Positions 50,713-61,056 of a stretch of DNA of 64,000 nt are shown here, piece after piece (the first letter of the stretch is position 1; each line of letters starts with the position of its first letter). Origin of the DNA: Thermoproteota archaeon (GTDB lineage: Archaea > Thermoproteota > Thermoprotei_A > EX4484-217-1 > JAPDJV01); assembly GCA_029258925.1 (NCBI GenBank), contig JAPDJV010000010.1, forward strand, positions 32,126 to 96,125, given 5' to 3'. The translations under genes and the position numbers were made by a program. The notes under the pieces are model-generated. The model saw only the letters and a program-made list of their open reading frames with translations, was not told the origin of the DNA and ran no database searches.

Positions 50713-51849
50713 TTGAGAGGACTCCTCCTTTTAGAGGACGGTCTTCTCGTTGAGGGCTGCGGCTTCGGCTCCCCCGGTATTAGAGTTGGTGAAATCGTTT
50801 TCACCACGGGTATGGTGGGGTATCCTGAGACCTTAACCGACCCCTCCTTCTGCGGTCAAATACTTGTAGCGACACATCCGCTTATAGGCAACTACGGTGT
50901 TCCAAGTAGGAGTATTCTCGAACATGGATTGCCATCCCACTATGAGTCCGATAGGATATGGGTTGAAGCATTTATTGTTTCCTTCGAGACTTCTCCAAGC
51001 CACTGGGCTAGTAGTAAGTCTCTTCACGAATGGCTAGCCGAAGAAGGGGTTCCCGGTATTTCAAATGTCGACACGAGAATGCTGGTAAAACATATTAGGG
51101 ATAAGGGGGTTATGATGGCGGTTGCGGCAGTTTACCCCGAGGAAAACTTCTTGGAATTAGAGTATTTGAGAAAGTTGTTAGAGGAGTCAGAGCACTATAA
51201 TGAAGCCTATTTAGTTAGCAGGGTTTCGCCGAGAAAAATAGTAATCCATGAACCCGGAGGGAATGCCAGGAGAACTGTGGTAGTTGTTGACTGCGGAGTT
51301 AAATATGGTATATTGAGGGAGCTTCTTAAGAGAGGGTTTAGAGTAGTCAGAATTCCGTACAACGAGGATCCAATAAAATATTTACACGAGTTCAATGCTT
51401 GTGGGGTAGTTTTCAGCAATGGCCCCGGCAACCCAGAGCTACTTTCAGACACTATTAGGAGTGCCAGGGCCGTGATAGAATACGGTGTTCCCTCGCTTGG
51501 AATATGCCTAGGACATCAAATTCTGGCGATCGCATCCGGCGCGGAAACCTACAAGTTGAAGTACGGTCATAGAGGCCAGAATAAGCCTTGTATGTGTGTT
51601 GAGAGGAGCAAGTGTTTTGTGACTAGCCAGAACCACGGTTTCGCAGTAGATGAGAATTCGCTTGATGAAACAGGGTTTAAGCTTTGGATGATAAACGTGG
51701 ATGATCGAACCATTGAGGGACTAAAACACTCGTCCAAGCCTATAATAACAGTTCAATTCCACCCAGAGGGATCCCCAGGTCCCCTAGATTCTTCCTGGAT
51801 ATTCGACATGTTTACCGGAATGGTGGAGAAGTATGGAGATGCCCTGTAG
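50713..51849 (+). CDS. carA: carbamoyl-phosphate synthase small subunit
   Basis: The N-terminal block LLLEDG..GEIVFTTGMVGYPETLTDPSF..QILV.T.P.IGNYGV and the GATase block GICLGHQ match CarA. The likely start is the TTG at 50713 (or 50692). The ATG at 50569 in the track gives a non-homologous extension. Confidence 0.8.
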   Translation: MRGLLLLEDGLLVEGCGFGSPGIRVGEIVFTTGMVGYPETLTDPSFCGQILVATHPLIGNYGVPSRSILEHGLPSHYESDRIWVEAFIVSFETSPSHWASSKSLHEWLAEEGVPGISNVDTRMLVKHIRDKGVMMAVAAVYPEENFLELEYLRKLLEESEHYNEAYLVSRVSPRKIVIHEPGGNARRTVVVVDCGVKYGILRELLKRGFRVVRIPYNEDPIKYLHEFNACGVVFSNGPGNPELLSDTIRSARAVIEYGVPSLGICLGHQILAIASGAETYKLKYGHRGQNKPCMCVERSKCFVTSQNHGFAVDENSLDETGFKLWMINVDDRTIEGLKHSSKPIITVQFHPEGSPGPLDSSWIFDMFTGMVEKYGDAL

Positions 51850-54800
51850 AGTGTTAATTGTAGGTTCAGGTGCGATAAAGATCGCTGAAGCAGCTGAATT
51901 CGACTATAGTGGAAGCCAGGCTCTGAAAGCTCTTAGAGAAGAGGGTATTGAAACAATACTCGTCAACCCCAATGTGGCAACCATTCAGACAAGCCATGAA
52001 CTCGCAGACAAAGTTTACTTGGCTCCCTTGAAACCGGAGTTCGTGGAGAAAATTATTGAAGAAGAGAGACCCGACAGCATAATGCTTGGATTCGGTGGTC
52101 AAACATCTCTCTCACTGGGCGTAGCACTCCACAGGAGGGATGTTTTGGAGAAGTACAGTGTTAGAGTTCTTGGAACGCCGATAGAGGGTGTAGAGAAGGC
52201 TTTGAACAGAGATCTCTTCAGGAAGACTATGATGGAAAGCGGCATCCCGGTTCCACCCAGCATGGTTGCTTCAAGTGTTGAGGAAGCTATTGAAGCAGCA
52301 GATAGAATCGGGTACCCCATCATAGTTAGGGTGAGTTTTAATTTAGGGGGAAGAGGATCTATAATTGCTTGGAGTAGGAGAGATCTTGAAAGGGATCTTC
52401 TCAGAGCGTTCGCCCACAGCGAAATAAGCTTGCTCCTCGTCGAAAAATACTTGCATCATTGGAAGGAAATAGAGTTCGAAGTTGTAAGAGATATGTGGGG
52501 GAACTCTGTCGCTGTTGCGTGCTTGGAAAACGTCGAGCCAATGGGGGTCCACACGGGGGAGTCCATAGTTGTAGCACCATGCCAGACGCTGACCAATAGA
52601 GAATACCAGGTTCTCAGATCGGCTAGTATAAGTGTTGCAGACGCAATCGACATTATAGGGGAATGCAACGTTCAGCTTGCACTAGACGGTTCCTCCGAAA
52701 AATTCTATGTTATAGAGACTAATCCGAGAATGTCTAGAAGTAGTGCTCTAGCAAGCAAGGCTACAGGTTATCCTCTAGCATACATAGCAGCTAAACTAGC
52801 TCTAGGATATCGCTTAGATGAATTACTCAACAAGGTTACCGGGTTGACGTGTGCGTGTTTTGAGCCCAGCCTAGACTACGTGGTTGTGAAAATGCCTAGA
52901 TGGGATTTAGATAAGTTCCATGGAGTTGAGAGGGAAATTAATTCTGAAATGAAGAGTATAGGCGAAGTAATGGCTATTGGCAGAAACTTGCATGAAGCTT
53001 TTCAGAAAGCCGTGAGAATGCTGGACATAGACGAGCCAGGTCTCGTAGCAGGCCAATACTATGAGAAACATGATGTTTTAGAGGATGTTCTCGAAAAGCT
53101 TAGAAGACTTGAACCATACTGGCCTCTACACGCTGCTAAAGCTATTAAGCTGGGTGCCAGCGTCGACGAGATTCACAGGCTTACTGGAGTAGACAAGTTT
53201 TTCATCAATATTATAAAAGACGTTGTGTCTCTTGCAGAGGAGTTGAGGAATACAACGCCAACGGATCCAGACCTCCCAAAAATCATTTCAGAAGCGAAGG
53301 AGAAGGGTTTCAGCGATGAACAACTTGCTTCCCTCCTAAAACTACCAGCAGAGAAGATTAGAGAGCTCAGGGTAAAACATCGCATAAAGCCCTACGTTAA
53401 GCAAATAGATACGTTGGCGGCTGAGTGGCCTGCCAAAACAAACTACTTATACGTGACGTATTCAGCCCAGGAACACGATGTTCCGGGGAAAATAGATCCT
53501 AGGCCGGGATTACTTGTTGTAGGCGCAGGTGTTTTCAGGATAGGTGTATCAGTAGAATTCGACTGGTGTGTAGTTAACTTCGCTAACGCTGCTAGGAAGA
53601 GGGGTTACGAGGTAATAGTGTTAAACTATAATCCTGAAACGGTTTCGACAGACTGGGATGCAAACGAAAAACTGTACTTCGATGAAATCACTATTGAAAG
53701 AGTTCTAGACATATTTAGCCACGAAAAGCCTGAAGGTGTTGTAGCCTTTGTCGGAGGACAGCTTGCAAACAATTTAGCTAAAAAACTGGAGGACTCCGGC
53801 ATCAGGCTTCTAGGGACATGTGGTAGAAGTATTGACGTAGCTGAGGATAGAGCCAAGTTCTCCGAGCTCCTAGAGAAACTCGGGATCAAGCAGCCTCCCT
53901 GGACTATTGCCGAGAGCATTAGAGAGGCTCTAAGGTTTTCAGAGGACGTCGGGTATCCTGTTATTGTGAGGCCTAGCTACGTGTTGAGCGGGACGGCTAT
54001 GAAAGTTGCCTACACTCCTCGAGAACTAACACACTACCTGACAATAGCTACGAAAGTATCTTCAGATCATCCTGTAGTTGTATCAAAGTTCATGGACGAT
54101 GCCTTAGAGGCGGAAATAGATGCAGTATCCGATTCTAGGAGAGTTGTTGGTGTAACAATTGAACATGTTGAAAGAGCTGGTGTTCACAGCGGAGACTCCA
54201 CTATGGTGACTCCTCCAAGAAAGCTTAATACGAGCACTATTAGGATGATGCATGAAGCAGCTCTTAGAATAGCTCTCGAACTAGGTGTTAAGGGACCCTT
54301 CAACATACAGTTCATCGTAAAGAATGGCGAAGCATACGTTATTGAACTCAATTTGAGAGCTAGCAGGTCCATGCCTTTCTCAAGTAAGTCGAGGGGGGTC
54401 AACTTAATGGAGTTAGCTGCTCAAGCAGTCCTAGACAATAGGTTAAGGCTTGGAGTAGACTGCGACTACTTCGAAATACCTCCAAGTGTTTGGGCTGTTA
54501 AGACCCCACAGTTCTCGTGGCCACAGCTGAAAGGCTCATACCCGCATCTCGGGCCGGAAATGAGGAGTACAGGTGAAGTAGCATGTATCAACGAAATATA
54601 CGAGATTGCACTTATCAATAGCTGGCTCTCAGCCACCCCCAATAGGATCCCAATGAAAAGCAAATCAATACTAGTCTACACGGGGAAACGAGAAGACAGA
54701 GAAATGATGAGTGATACCGCATATTATTTGGATGCAGGAGGATATGACGTAATAACACTAGCTGGAGCACAGGTTAATGGAGTAGAGGAGGTTAGCGGGA

Positions 54801-55078
54801 GTGAAATCATAGAAATGATGAGAATGGGACTCGTCGACCTCGTTATCACATCAGGGTTCACACCGGAACTAGACTACAATATTAGGAGAACAGCTGTCGA
54901 CCTTAACATACCCATAGTGTTAAGCCCGGAGCTCGCAAGAGAGCTTTCAAAAGCTATCATAAGCCTCGAAGACCATTCCGAAATATTGGAGATCCGAGAA
55001 CTCTCGGAATACTGGAGTAAGAAGATTCCTATATGCTCGCTGGCAACAATAGGTAATAGGGCGAATCTGAGTGATTAA
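51833..55078 (+). CDS. carB: carbamoyl-phosphate synthase large subunit
   Basis: 1081 aa with two ATP-grasp halves (IIVRVSFNLGGRG; VIVRPSYVLSG), an oligomerisation domain and an MGS-like C-terminus. Confidence 0.9.
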   Translation: MEMPCRVLIVGSGAIKIAEAAEFDYSGSQALKALREEGIETILVNPNVATIQTSHELADKVYLAPLKPEFVEKIIEEERPDSIMLGFGGQTSLSLGVALHRRDVLEKYSVRVLGTPIEGVEKALNRDLFRKTMMESGIPVPPSMVASSVEEAIEAADRIGYPIIVRVSFNLGGRGSIIAWSRRDLERDLLRAFAHSEISLLLVEKYLHHWKEIEFEVVRDMWGNSVAVACLENVEPMGVHTGESIVVAPCQTLTNREYQVLRSASISVADAIDIIGECNVQLALDGSSEKFYVIETNPRMSRSSALASKATGYPLAYIAAKLALGYRLDELLNKVTGLTCACFEPSLDYVVVKMPRWDLDKFHGVEREINSEMKSIGEVMAIGRNLHEAFQKAVRMLDIDEPGLVAGQYYEKHDVLEDVLEKLRRLEPYWPLHAAKAIKLGASVDEIHRLTGVDKFFINIIKDVVSLAEELRNTTPTDPDLPKIISEAKEKGFSDEQLASLLKLPAEKIRELRVKHRIKPYVKQIDTLAAEWPAKTNYLYVTYSAQEHDVPGKIDPRPGLLVVGAGVFRIGVSVEFDWCVVNFANAARKRGYEVIVLNYNPETVSTDWDANEKLYFDEITIERVLDIFSHEKPEGVVAFVGGQLANNLAKKLEDSGIRLLGTCGRSIDVAEDRAKFSELLEKLGIKQPPWTIAESIREALRFSEDVGYPVIVRPSYVLSGTAMKVAYTPRELTHYLTIATKVSSDHPVVVSKFMDDALEAEIDAVSDSRRVVGVTIEHVERAGVHSGDSTMVTPPRKLNTSTIRMMHEAALRIALELGVKGPFNIQFIVKNGEAYVIELNLRASRSMPFSSKSRGVNLMELAAQAVLDNRLRLGVDCDYFEIPPSVWAVKTPQFSWPQLKGSYPHLGPEMRSTGEVACINEIYEIALINSWLSATPNRIPMKSKSILVYTGKREDREMMSDTAYYLDAGGYDVITLAGAQVNGVEEVSGSEIIEMMRMGLVDLVITSGFTPELDYNIRRTAVDLNIPIVLSPELARELSKAIISLEDHSEILEIRELSEYWSKKIPICSLATIGNRANLSD

Positions 55079-55223
55079 ATTCGGGTTTAAGGGAATTTCA
55101 AGTAGCTATTTCGAGGAAAATATTAGGTTTCAATGCAACTCCATTAATTAAAGTATACTGGACTAAAGTTTATCACGTGCAAGACTAATCCCATGCTTAA
55201 TTCATAAAATCCAACTATTACAG

Positions 55224-55736
55224 TTGGGAACTCTGAAACAAAATTTATTTGAGTCAACAGGGATTTTTAACGTGGCTGAGTTGGGGAATGCTACTATGCC
55301 GGAAAGTAGTTCTCAGCATAAACCAGTGTCGCCAATAGTTGCTGTTGGAGCGGTCATATTGAAAGACAATAATGTTCTGCTTGTCAAGAGGGGTAACGAG
55401 CCTTATAGGGGGTACTGGAGTATTCCTGGAGGCAGGGTGCGTTTTGGCGAGAGAATTAGGGATGCTTTGAGGAGAGAAGTTAGGGAGGGGACGGGTTTAG
55501 ATGTTGAAATAGGCAGGCTTGTATGTGTTTTGAAAATGATTGTGAAGAGCAAGTCCGGTGAACCAGTATTCGACTACTTGATCCTCGACTATCTATCCAA
55601 TGTTATTGGAGGAGAACTTAGGCCATCGAGCGATGTAGATGAGGTTAAGTGGGTTCCGCTGGAAGATGTCGATTCCTATAAGCTTGTTCCAACAGTCAAG
55701 AAACTGCTCGTAAAGCTGAGAGACAGGTTAATGTAA
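55224..55736 (+). CDS. NUDIX hydrolase
   Basis: Nudix box GGRVRFGERIRDALRREVREGTGL. The true start is possibly the internal M (MPESSSQ) at about 55296. Confidence 0.75.
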   Translation: MGTLKQNLFESTGIFNVAELGNATMPESSSQHKPVSPIVAVGAVILKDNNVLLVKRGNEPYRGYWSIPGGRVRFGERIRDALRREVREGTGLDVEIGRLVCVLKMIVKSKSGEPVFDYLILDYLSNVIGGELRPSSDVDEVKWVPLEDVDSYKLVPTVKKLLVKLRDRLM

Positions 55737-55822
55737 GTACTTTAAATGTATTTAAGAGGGCATAGCTGAAATTTCGTAAAAATTCTGGTTAAAATAATGA
55801 TGCCTTAATATGGTGTTGGAGG

Positions 55823-56194
55823 TTATTGTATTGATGCAGATTTAACTTGTTTTCTCAGCTCACTATATAATTCTACTAACGATAACATCTCGTCTTTCAG
55901 GAAGTCATAGCCGTACTTAGCTCCTAGGTAGTCTATGTTTTCGGCTAGAGAGAATACCTGGAGTAATACGTTTAAGTGGTTTGCATATTGGGGATTCTTC
56001 ACCAATACATCGTAGTTCTTTTGAAATATTTCTTCGAATACTTTACTACATTCAGACACTACTGCTTTAACTTCGTCTACGCTGACTTTACGATATAGGA
56101 ATTTGTTTAATACTAATATGATTTTACCGCAGCATTCAACTATGCTTCTCTCTACACTTCTATCAATATTCCCGGATTGGAGTTGCGGACACAA
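55823..56194 (-). CDS. hypothetical protein (123 aa), possibly the C-terminal part of a frameshifted wHTH regulator
   Basis: It overlaps the upstream wHTH ORF (56152-56427) by 43 nt in a different frame. Confidence 0.35.
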   Translation of the reverse strand: MCPQLQSGNIDRSVERSIVECCGKIILVLNKFLYRKVSVDEVKAVVSECSKVFEEIFQKNYDVLVKNPQYANHLNVLLQVFSLAENIDYLGAKYGYDFLKDEMLSLVELYSELRKQVKSASIQ

Positions 56195-56427
56195 TACTTC
56201 ACAACACCTCTACTCTTATCTACTTCACGTACAATAATTCCCTTTCTTATACCTTCCTTCACTATATCCCAAATAACTCCCGTAGACACATCCAGTTCTC
56301 TCGCTAACGGTTTACAGTGTAGTTCGCCTGCTCTAATCCTGTAACATCCTCCACATATTAGCGGACCACGTTTCTTAATAATTTCCACAACTTTATCAAA
56401 TAATAACTCCTTCTCCTCGCTACCCAC
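56152..56427 (-). CDS. winged-helix DNA-binding protein (91 aa)
   Basis: Carries LLFDKVVEIIKKRGPLI and a CGGC..C pattern; it is HTH-like. Confidence 0.4.
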   Translation of the reverse strand: MGSEEKELLFDKVVEIIKKRGPLICGGCYRIRAGELHCKPLARELDVSTGVIWDIVKEGIRKGIIVREVDKSRGVVKYCVRNSNPGILIEV

Positions 56428-56438
56428 CTGATCCCCCT

Positions 56439-57344
56439 CTATTTACCTTGTTTAAGCATGTTTACGATGCTCTCTGCAATAGACATGAACTCCTTAGATA
56501 CTATGTCGTCCGGCTCAGATAAGACTATCGGCACTCCTTTATCAGAGTACTCGATAACTTTTACGTTAAACGGTATTCTACCAAGTAAAGGAGCTTCTAG
56601 GACCTCTGCCAAGATTTCCCCGCCTCTTATACCGAAATCCACTTTTTTCCCACAGTACGGGCAGATATACCAGCTCATATTTTCGACAACGCCGAGGATT
56701 CGTATTCCACTCATTTTCACCGCTTCCCCTGCCTTCCTAGTTATAGCTGTTGAAACCTCTTGAGGTGTTGTGACCAGTACTACGCCGTCAAGAGCAGGAA
56801 CATCTTTAATTATAGTGAGAACCTCGTCTCCGCAGCCAGGAGGCATGTCGAATAGGAGGAAGTCTAGTTTACCCCACACAACTGAGGCCAACATGTCTTT
56901 GACCAGCCTGGACTTAAATGGACCCCTCCACAAGACCGGTAGTTCACGGGGCCATATTAATCCAACAGACATTATCTTGATACCATACTTCGTCTCAACA
57001 GGCTTAAATCCTATGTGAGGTACATGCTTGTGAACTCCAGGAGTTGTTCGAACCATGTCGGTTAACTCGGGGTTCATATCCTCTGCATTCAACATTTTCG
57101 GAACACTTGGTCCATGCACGTCGACGTCGAGTATTCCAACATCGTATCCCAGCTTCTTGAGCGAGAGGGCAAGGTTAACTGTTACAGTAGTTTTTCCTAC
57201 ACCACCTTTAGTACTCATTACGGCAACTCTATATTTTACTGCCGACATCCTGTCCGCTATTGGGCCAACTTTTTTCAGGAATTTTTTCCTAGCAGTGTAG
57301 GAGCTAACTATTCTTTCAACTTGTCTTGATAGATCGTCTGACAA
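56439..57344 (-). CDS. Mrp/NBP35 (ApbC) family Fe-S cluster carrier ATPase
   Basis: Deviant Walker A VMSTKGGVGKTT, and CxxC (CPYCGKK) in the C-terminal half. Confidence 0.8.
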   Translation of the reverse strand: MSDDLSRQVERIVSSYTARKKFLKKVGPIADRMSAVKYRVAVMSTKGGVGKTTVTVNLALSLKKLGYDVGILDVDVHGPSVPKMLNAEDMNPELTDMVRTTPGVHKHVPHIGFKPVETKYGIKIMSVGLIWPRELPVLWRGPFKSRLVKDMLASVVWGKLDFLLFDMPPGCGDEVLTIIKDVPALDGVVLVTTPQEVSTAITRKAGEAVKMSGIRILGVVENMSWYICPYCGKKVDFGIRGGEILAEVLEAPLLGRIPFNVKVIEYSDKGVPIVLSEPDDIVSKEFMSIAESIVNMLKQGK

Positions 57345-57348
57345 AACC

Positions 57349-58401
57349 TTACACCTCTATGAGGTTATAGTTAGTTGTACCTAATTTGCTTTTTTCTGCA
57401 GCCAATATGATCTCCATGGGATCAACGTTATGAATAGACTTGAATTTCTCGAATCCTCCTATTCTCTGGGAAATAATATCCAATGATGCCTTATCCACTG
57501 CGACGGGATCCCTTGATGCAACTATCCCTATGTTCTCGGAAATATTCCTCGATACAAATGGGAGATAATCGGGGTAGGGTATTACATCAAGCAAGACGTT
57601 TATATAGAATAGACGTTCCCCATAAATATTCTTCAACGTCTTAGCTATGTCGATGAACTTACCAATAAGCCTTCTCCTAGAGGAATTCTTGAGCACTAAA
57701 GCTTTATTAGGACACAGCAGAGAACAGTAGCCACAGTGGATACACTTGCTGGTGTCAATTTTTACACCCGAATCTTCATTTATTGATATCGCATTAACAG
57801 GGCAGACTTCAACGCATAAACCACACTTATCGCAGCGACTACCATCTACTTCGAAGACTAAGTCTGCTAAAACCTTATTCTTAAATTCCTTTGCGATGCA
57901 TCTCAATGCCATATGGGTTATTGAACCGAAATACCCGTAAAAGGGGTCTCCAGTAAAGTGTGTTAAAAATACTAGTAGACCCATCTCTTCAAATTCAGTG
58001 CCCAAATGAACGTAGGGTAGGTAGTCTCCGTTAATAATGATCTCTTTATAATCAGTGCCAGTAATGTGGTCAGCTAGGAGGAAAGGTGCATCAAACGTTT
58101 GAAAGGAGTAGCCTACGTGATTCACTCTTTTCATAACTTCAAGACCTTCATCCATTATATCTAGAGTATCAACCAGCTCCACTAGAGCACCAAGACCTTT
58201 AATGAAATCCAAAATTTTCTTTACTATTAGAGGCCTTATATACGTGATGTTTCCCGGATTTGGAACAATAACTTTCAAACCCACTCTCGTTCCTTCAGCA
58301 ACTTGCTCAACCAGCTGGGGGAGCTCTGTCTTAAGTAGAAAACTTTCAATATCAAATAATCTAAATTTCCCTTTAAACGAATATAAGTAGACATCGCTCA
58401 T
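57349..58401 (-). CDS. DUF362-domain protein with 2x[4Fe-4S] ferredoxin insert
   Basis: Carries CDKCGLCVEVCP and CIHCGYCSLLCP. Confidence 0.65.
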   Translation of the reverse strand: MSDVYLYSFKGKFRLFDIESFLLKTELPQLVEQVAEGTRVGLKVIVPNPGNITYIRPLIVKKILDFIKGLGALVELVDTLDIMDEGLEVMKRVNHVGYSFQTFDAPFLLADHITGTDYKEIIINGDYLPYVHLGTEFEEMGLLVFLTHFTGDPFYGYFGSITHMALRCIAKEFKNKVLADLVFEVDGSRCDKCGLCVEVCPVNAISINEDSGVKIDTSKCIHCGYCSLLCPNKALVLKNSSRRRLIGKFIDIAKTLKNIYGERLFYINVLLDVIPYPDYLPFVSRNISENIGIVASRDPVAVDKASLDIISQRIGGFEKFKSIHNVDPMEIILAAEKSKLGTTNYNLIEV

Positions 58402-58504
58402 AATACGTACACCTATTGCACATTATTCATCGTTAGGTAATACTAGATATAAGCCTACGTGATACAAATAAGAGGTAAAAAATAAAATTTGTGGAAAAAC
58501 TTGT

Positions 58505-59899
58505 TTATGTTGGCATCTTCTTTAATAATACCTCTAAGAACTCCTTTGTGCTGACTCTCTTTGGTGGCTTCTCCGGCGTGTACTTCTCTCTGAGTGGATG
58601 CAGGGTCTTGTAGTACTCCGATAGCTTCACTGTGGGTATTACGCCGCTTACCTTGTTTATCTGCCACTTTCCGAAGGTCTCTGGAGTCTCCTTGGGCTCG
58701 TAGACTATTAGCTCGTAGTCCATTGTGCCCATTCCTATCATTTCTCCTGCCTTCAAGTGTATTCTAGGAGTCCACATGGTTCCAGATGTAACCTTGAATC
58801 TGTCGTCTCCTGGCTTTAGTCCTGCCTCCTCAGCCTTGGAGTTTGGCATTATTGGTGAGTTGTCAGCCATGTCAACACATGCAGTGTCGATTGCAACAAT
58901 GTCCTTCGAGGCGAACACCCCTAGGTCTGGACATGCCGGCATCTCTGCTACTGGGAAGCAGTCACAGAACGTTGCGTCGATATCAACAGCATATGATATG
59001 AATCCAACCTTACCCGGCTTCTTCGTCTTCAGGCATCCTAGTGCAGCGTCAGCCATAGCTATTTGTGCTGCTGGGAAGTACTCGGCTCTGAACCCGATTG
59101 CACCGACGCCTGCAGTGAACAGGCACAGTACCTGGCATGAGTAGCATAGGTTGCACTTGCTGAAGTCGAAGTGTAGCCCATCCTTGTCAACCTTTATTGC
59201 TCCCTCGGGACATGCCTTCTCACAGAACTCGTGGTATGGACAGTCTAGACCCTTACACCTGCTTGGGTCGACAAGTGGGTATCCGAGAGCCTCAGATGGG
59301 TCTCCCCATAGGGCTAAGTGTGTTACATACTTACCTCTCTTGGACTGGGCTCCTATACCAATGTTCTTTATTGCACCGCCAATAGATGTTAGTGGGTGTG
59401 CCTTGAAGTGTGTTACAGGTATTAGGACGTCTGCATCAGCTATGCATCTTGCAATATAGGTTTCCTTAAGAATTAGACCCTCGGGAATATCTACGCGGAC
59501 GTCGTCGTTTCCAACGAGTCCGTCGGCAATTATGAATGGACATCCTAGAGCGTCAGGCGTCCATCCATGCCTATAAGCATTAATGTACTCTATAAATGAA
59601 TAGCATCTGGAGTTGAATATGTGATATGGTAGTGTTGTAGTATCGCAGACAAATGGTTGTCCGCCCATTTCCTTAACTTCCTCAACAATGGCTGCAACAA
59701 ACTCTGGTCTTAGACACCTAGTTCTGTTCCATTCACCGATATGTATTTTTATTGCGACTACATCGCCTTTTGAAATGCAGTCGCTTATGCCAGCCTCGTA
59801 GAAGAGGTCTTTGGCCTTGTGGATTAGGCCTCCAGCGTAGAGGCCCTCTTTAGGACGAACATCTGCAAACCAGACTTTTGCTTTAGCCAACAGAAACAC
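58505..59899 (-). CDS. DUF362-domain protein with 4Fe-4S ferredoxin motifs (paralog of previous)
   Basis: Carries CPYHEFCEKACP and CNLCYSCQVLC; it starts at the GTG at 59899. Confidence 0.6.
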   Translation of the reverse strand: MFLLAKAKVWFADVRPKEGLYAGGLIHKAKDLFYEAGISDCISKGDVVAIKIHIGEWNRTRCLRPEFVAAIVEEVKEMGGQPFVCDTTTLPYHIFNSRCYSFIEYINAYRHGWTPDALGCPFIIADGLVGNDDVRVDIPEGLILKETYIARCIADADVLIPVTHFKAHPLTSIGGAIKNIGIGAQSKRGKYVTHLALWGDPSEALGYPLVDPSRCKGLDCPYHEFCEKACPEGAIKVDKDGLHFDFSKCNLCYSCQVLCLFTAGVGAIGFRAEYFPAAQIAMADAALGCLKTKKPGKVGFISYAVDIDATFCDCFPVAEMPACPDLGVFASKDIVAIDTACVDMADNSPIMPNSKAEEAGLKPGDDRFKVTSGTMWTPRIHLKAGEMIGMGTMDYELIVYEPKETPETFGKWQINKVSGVIPTVKLSEYYKTLHPLREKYTPEKPPKRVSTKEFLEVLLKKMPT

Positions 59900-60328
59900 A
59901 CCTCTATTATTATTCTTTCATGAGGATGTATATAAGTTTTATAGGTGTTACCATTTTATTATGGCGGTAACACCTTATATTAGAATATTGAACAGAATTA
60001 TTAAGGCTTTTAGTGAATCATATTATGCGGTTTATGTACAAAACATATCAGTAATTCGCTTAATTATTTTTAAACAAACAAATTAACAAAGAGGGCAATG
60101 TAAATTTATTTAGAGAAGCCTAGCTACATAAACTCCTATTTTAATTGCAAACTAGAGTTCTGTGTGAATTAACATACCTAAATGTTCAATTCAATTCCAG
60201 GTTTAACAAATAAAGTAATTAAATAGCCTAAAACTCTATTTCTAAACTAGTGCGACGCGGCTTAAAGATCTACGGTAAACTATTTCATCTAGCAGTCATC
60301 AACTTCACTTATAGAGAGATTCCTCCGG

Positions 60329-60934
60329 GTGTTACTAGTGGTCCACACCGTCTATGAAAGCAGGGTTTTCTGCAAGTTTGTGGAAAAGTTGCGTGAAGAG
60401 TCCAGTGTTTACGGGGCATATTCAATATCATTTGAAGATGCCTTCACCTTATACACGGTGGCTTACATGACTGCTTTAAGATTTAATGGGGAGAGAGTAG
60501 TCCTTGTTGATGCTGGTGCAGGCATAGGTTTCTCAACAATATGGATTGCTAAGGCATTAGTAGATAGTGGTGTTTTAGGAGAGGTAATAGCTATTGAGAG
60601 AGATTGGCGTAGGGGGAGGAGGCTTAAGGAGGTTTTAAATAGTCTGGGGATTCGCTACAGGGTGGAGATAGATGATGCTCTTAATGTTGCTAAAAATATA
60701 CCTAGGATACACCTAGTATTCATAGATATTGATAAGGAGCAATACTATGATTTTTACAAGCTAATTGAAGAGAGAGTTGTTATTGGGGGAGCCATAGTGG
60801 TTCACAACGTGTTCATGTATCATTCAAGCATAAGAAGTCTTGTTGAAGCGTTATCAAAGTATCCCTGGAAGTCTACGATTGTACCTACACGCATGCCTGG
60901 AGGAGGAATGTTAATCAGCATTAAAACGCAGTAA
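60329..60934 (+). CDS. class I SAM-dependent (O-)methyltransferase
   Basis: Motif I VVLVDAGAGIGFST and an acidic residue in IAIERD. Confidence 0.6.
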   Translation: MLLVVHTVYESRVFCKFVEKLREESSVYGAYSISFEDAFTLYTVAYMTALRFNGERVVLVDAGAGIGFSTIWIAKALVDSGVLGEVIAIERDWRRGRRLKEVLNSLGIRYRVEIDDALNVAKNIPRIHLVFIDIDKEQYYDFYKLIEERVVIGGAIVVHNVFMYHSSIRSLVEALSKYPWKSTIVPTRMPGGGMLISIKTQ

Positions 60935-61056
60935 TAGAGTAAAGTAGAGTTTCAAGCAAATTCCTAGGCAATCATGCTTCAAGTAATGTTATTTAAGGGT
61001 TTGAGAGAATAAGAAAAGTAAAACTACATTGAGGCAATATTATTCGAGCAATTAGG

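Noticed and set aside
51866-54663. Multiple 60-100-aa minus-strand ORFs inside carB
   Set aside because: They are antisense to a highly conserved, intact 1081-aa CDS.
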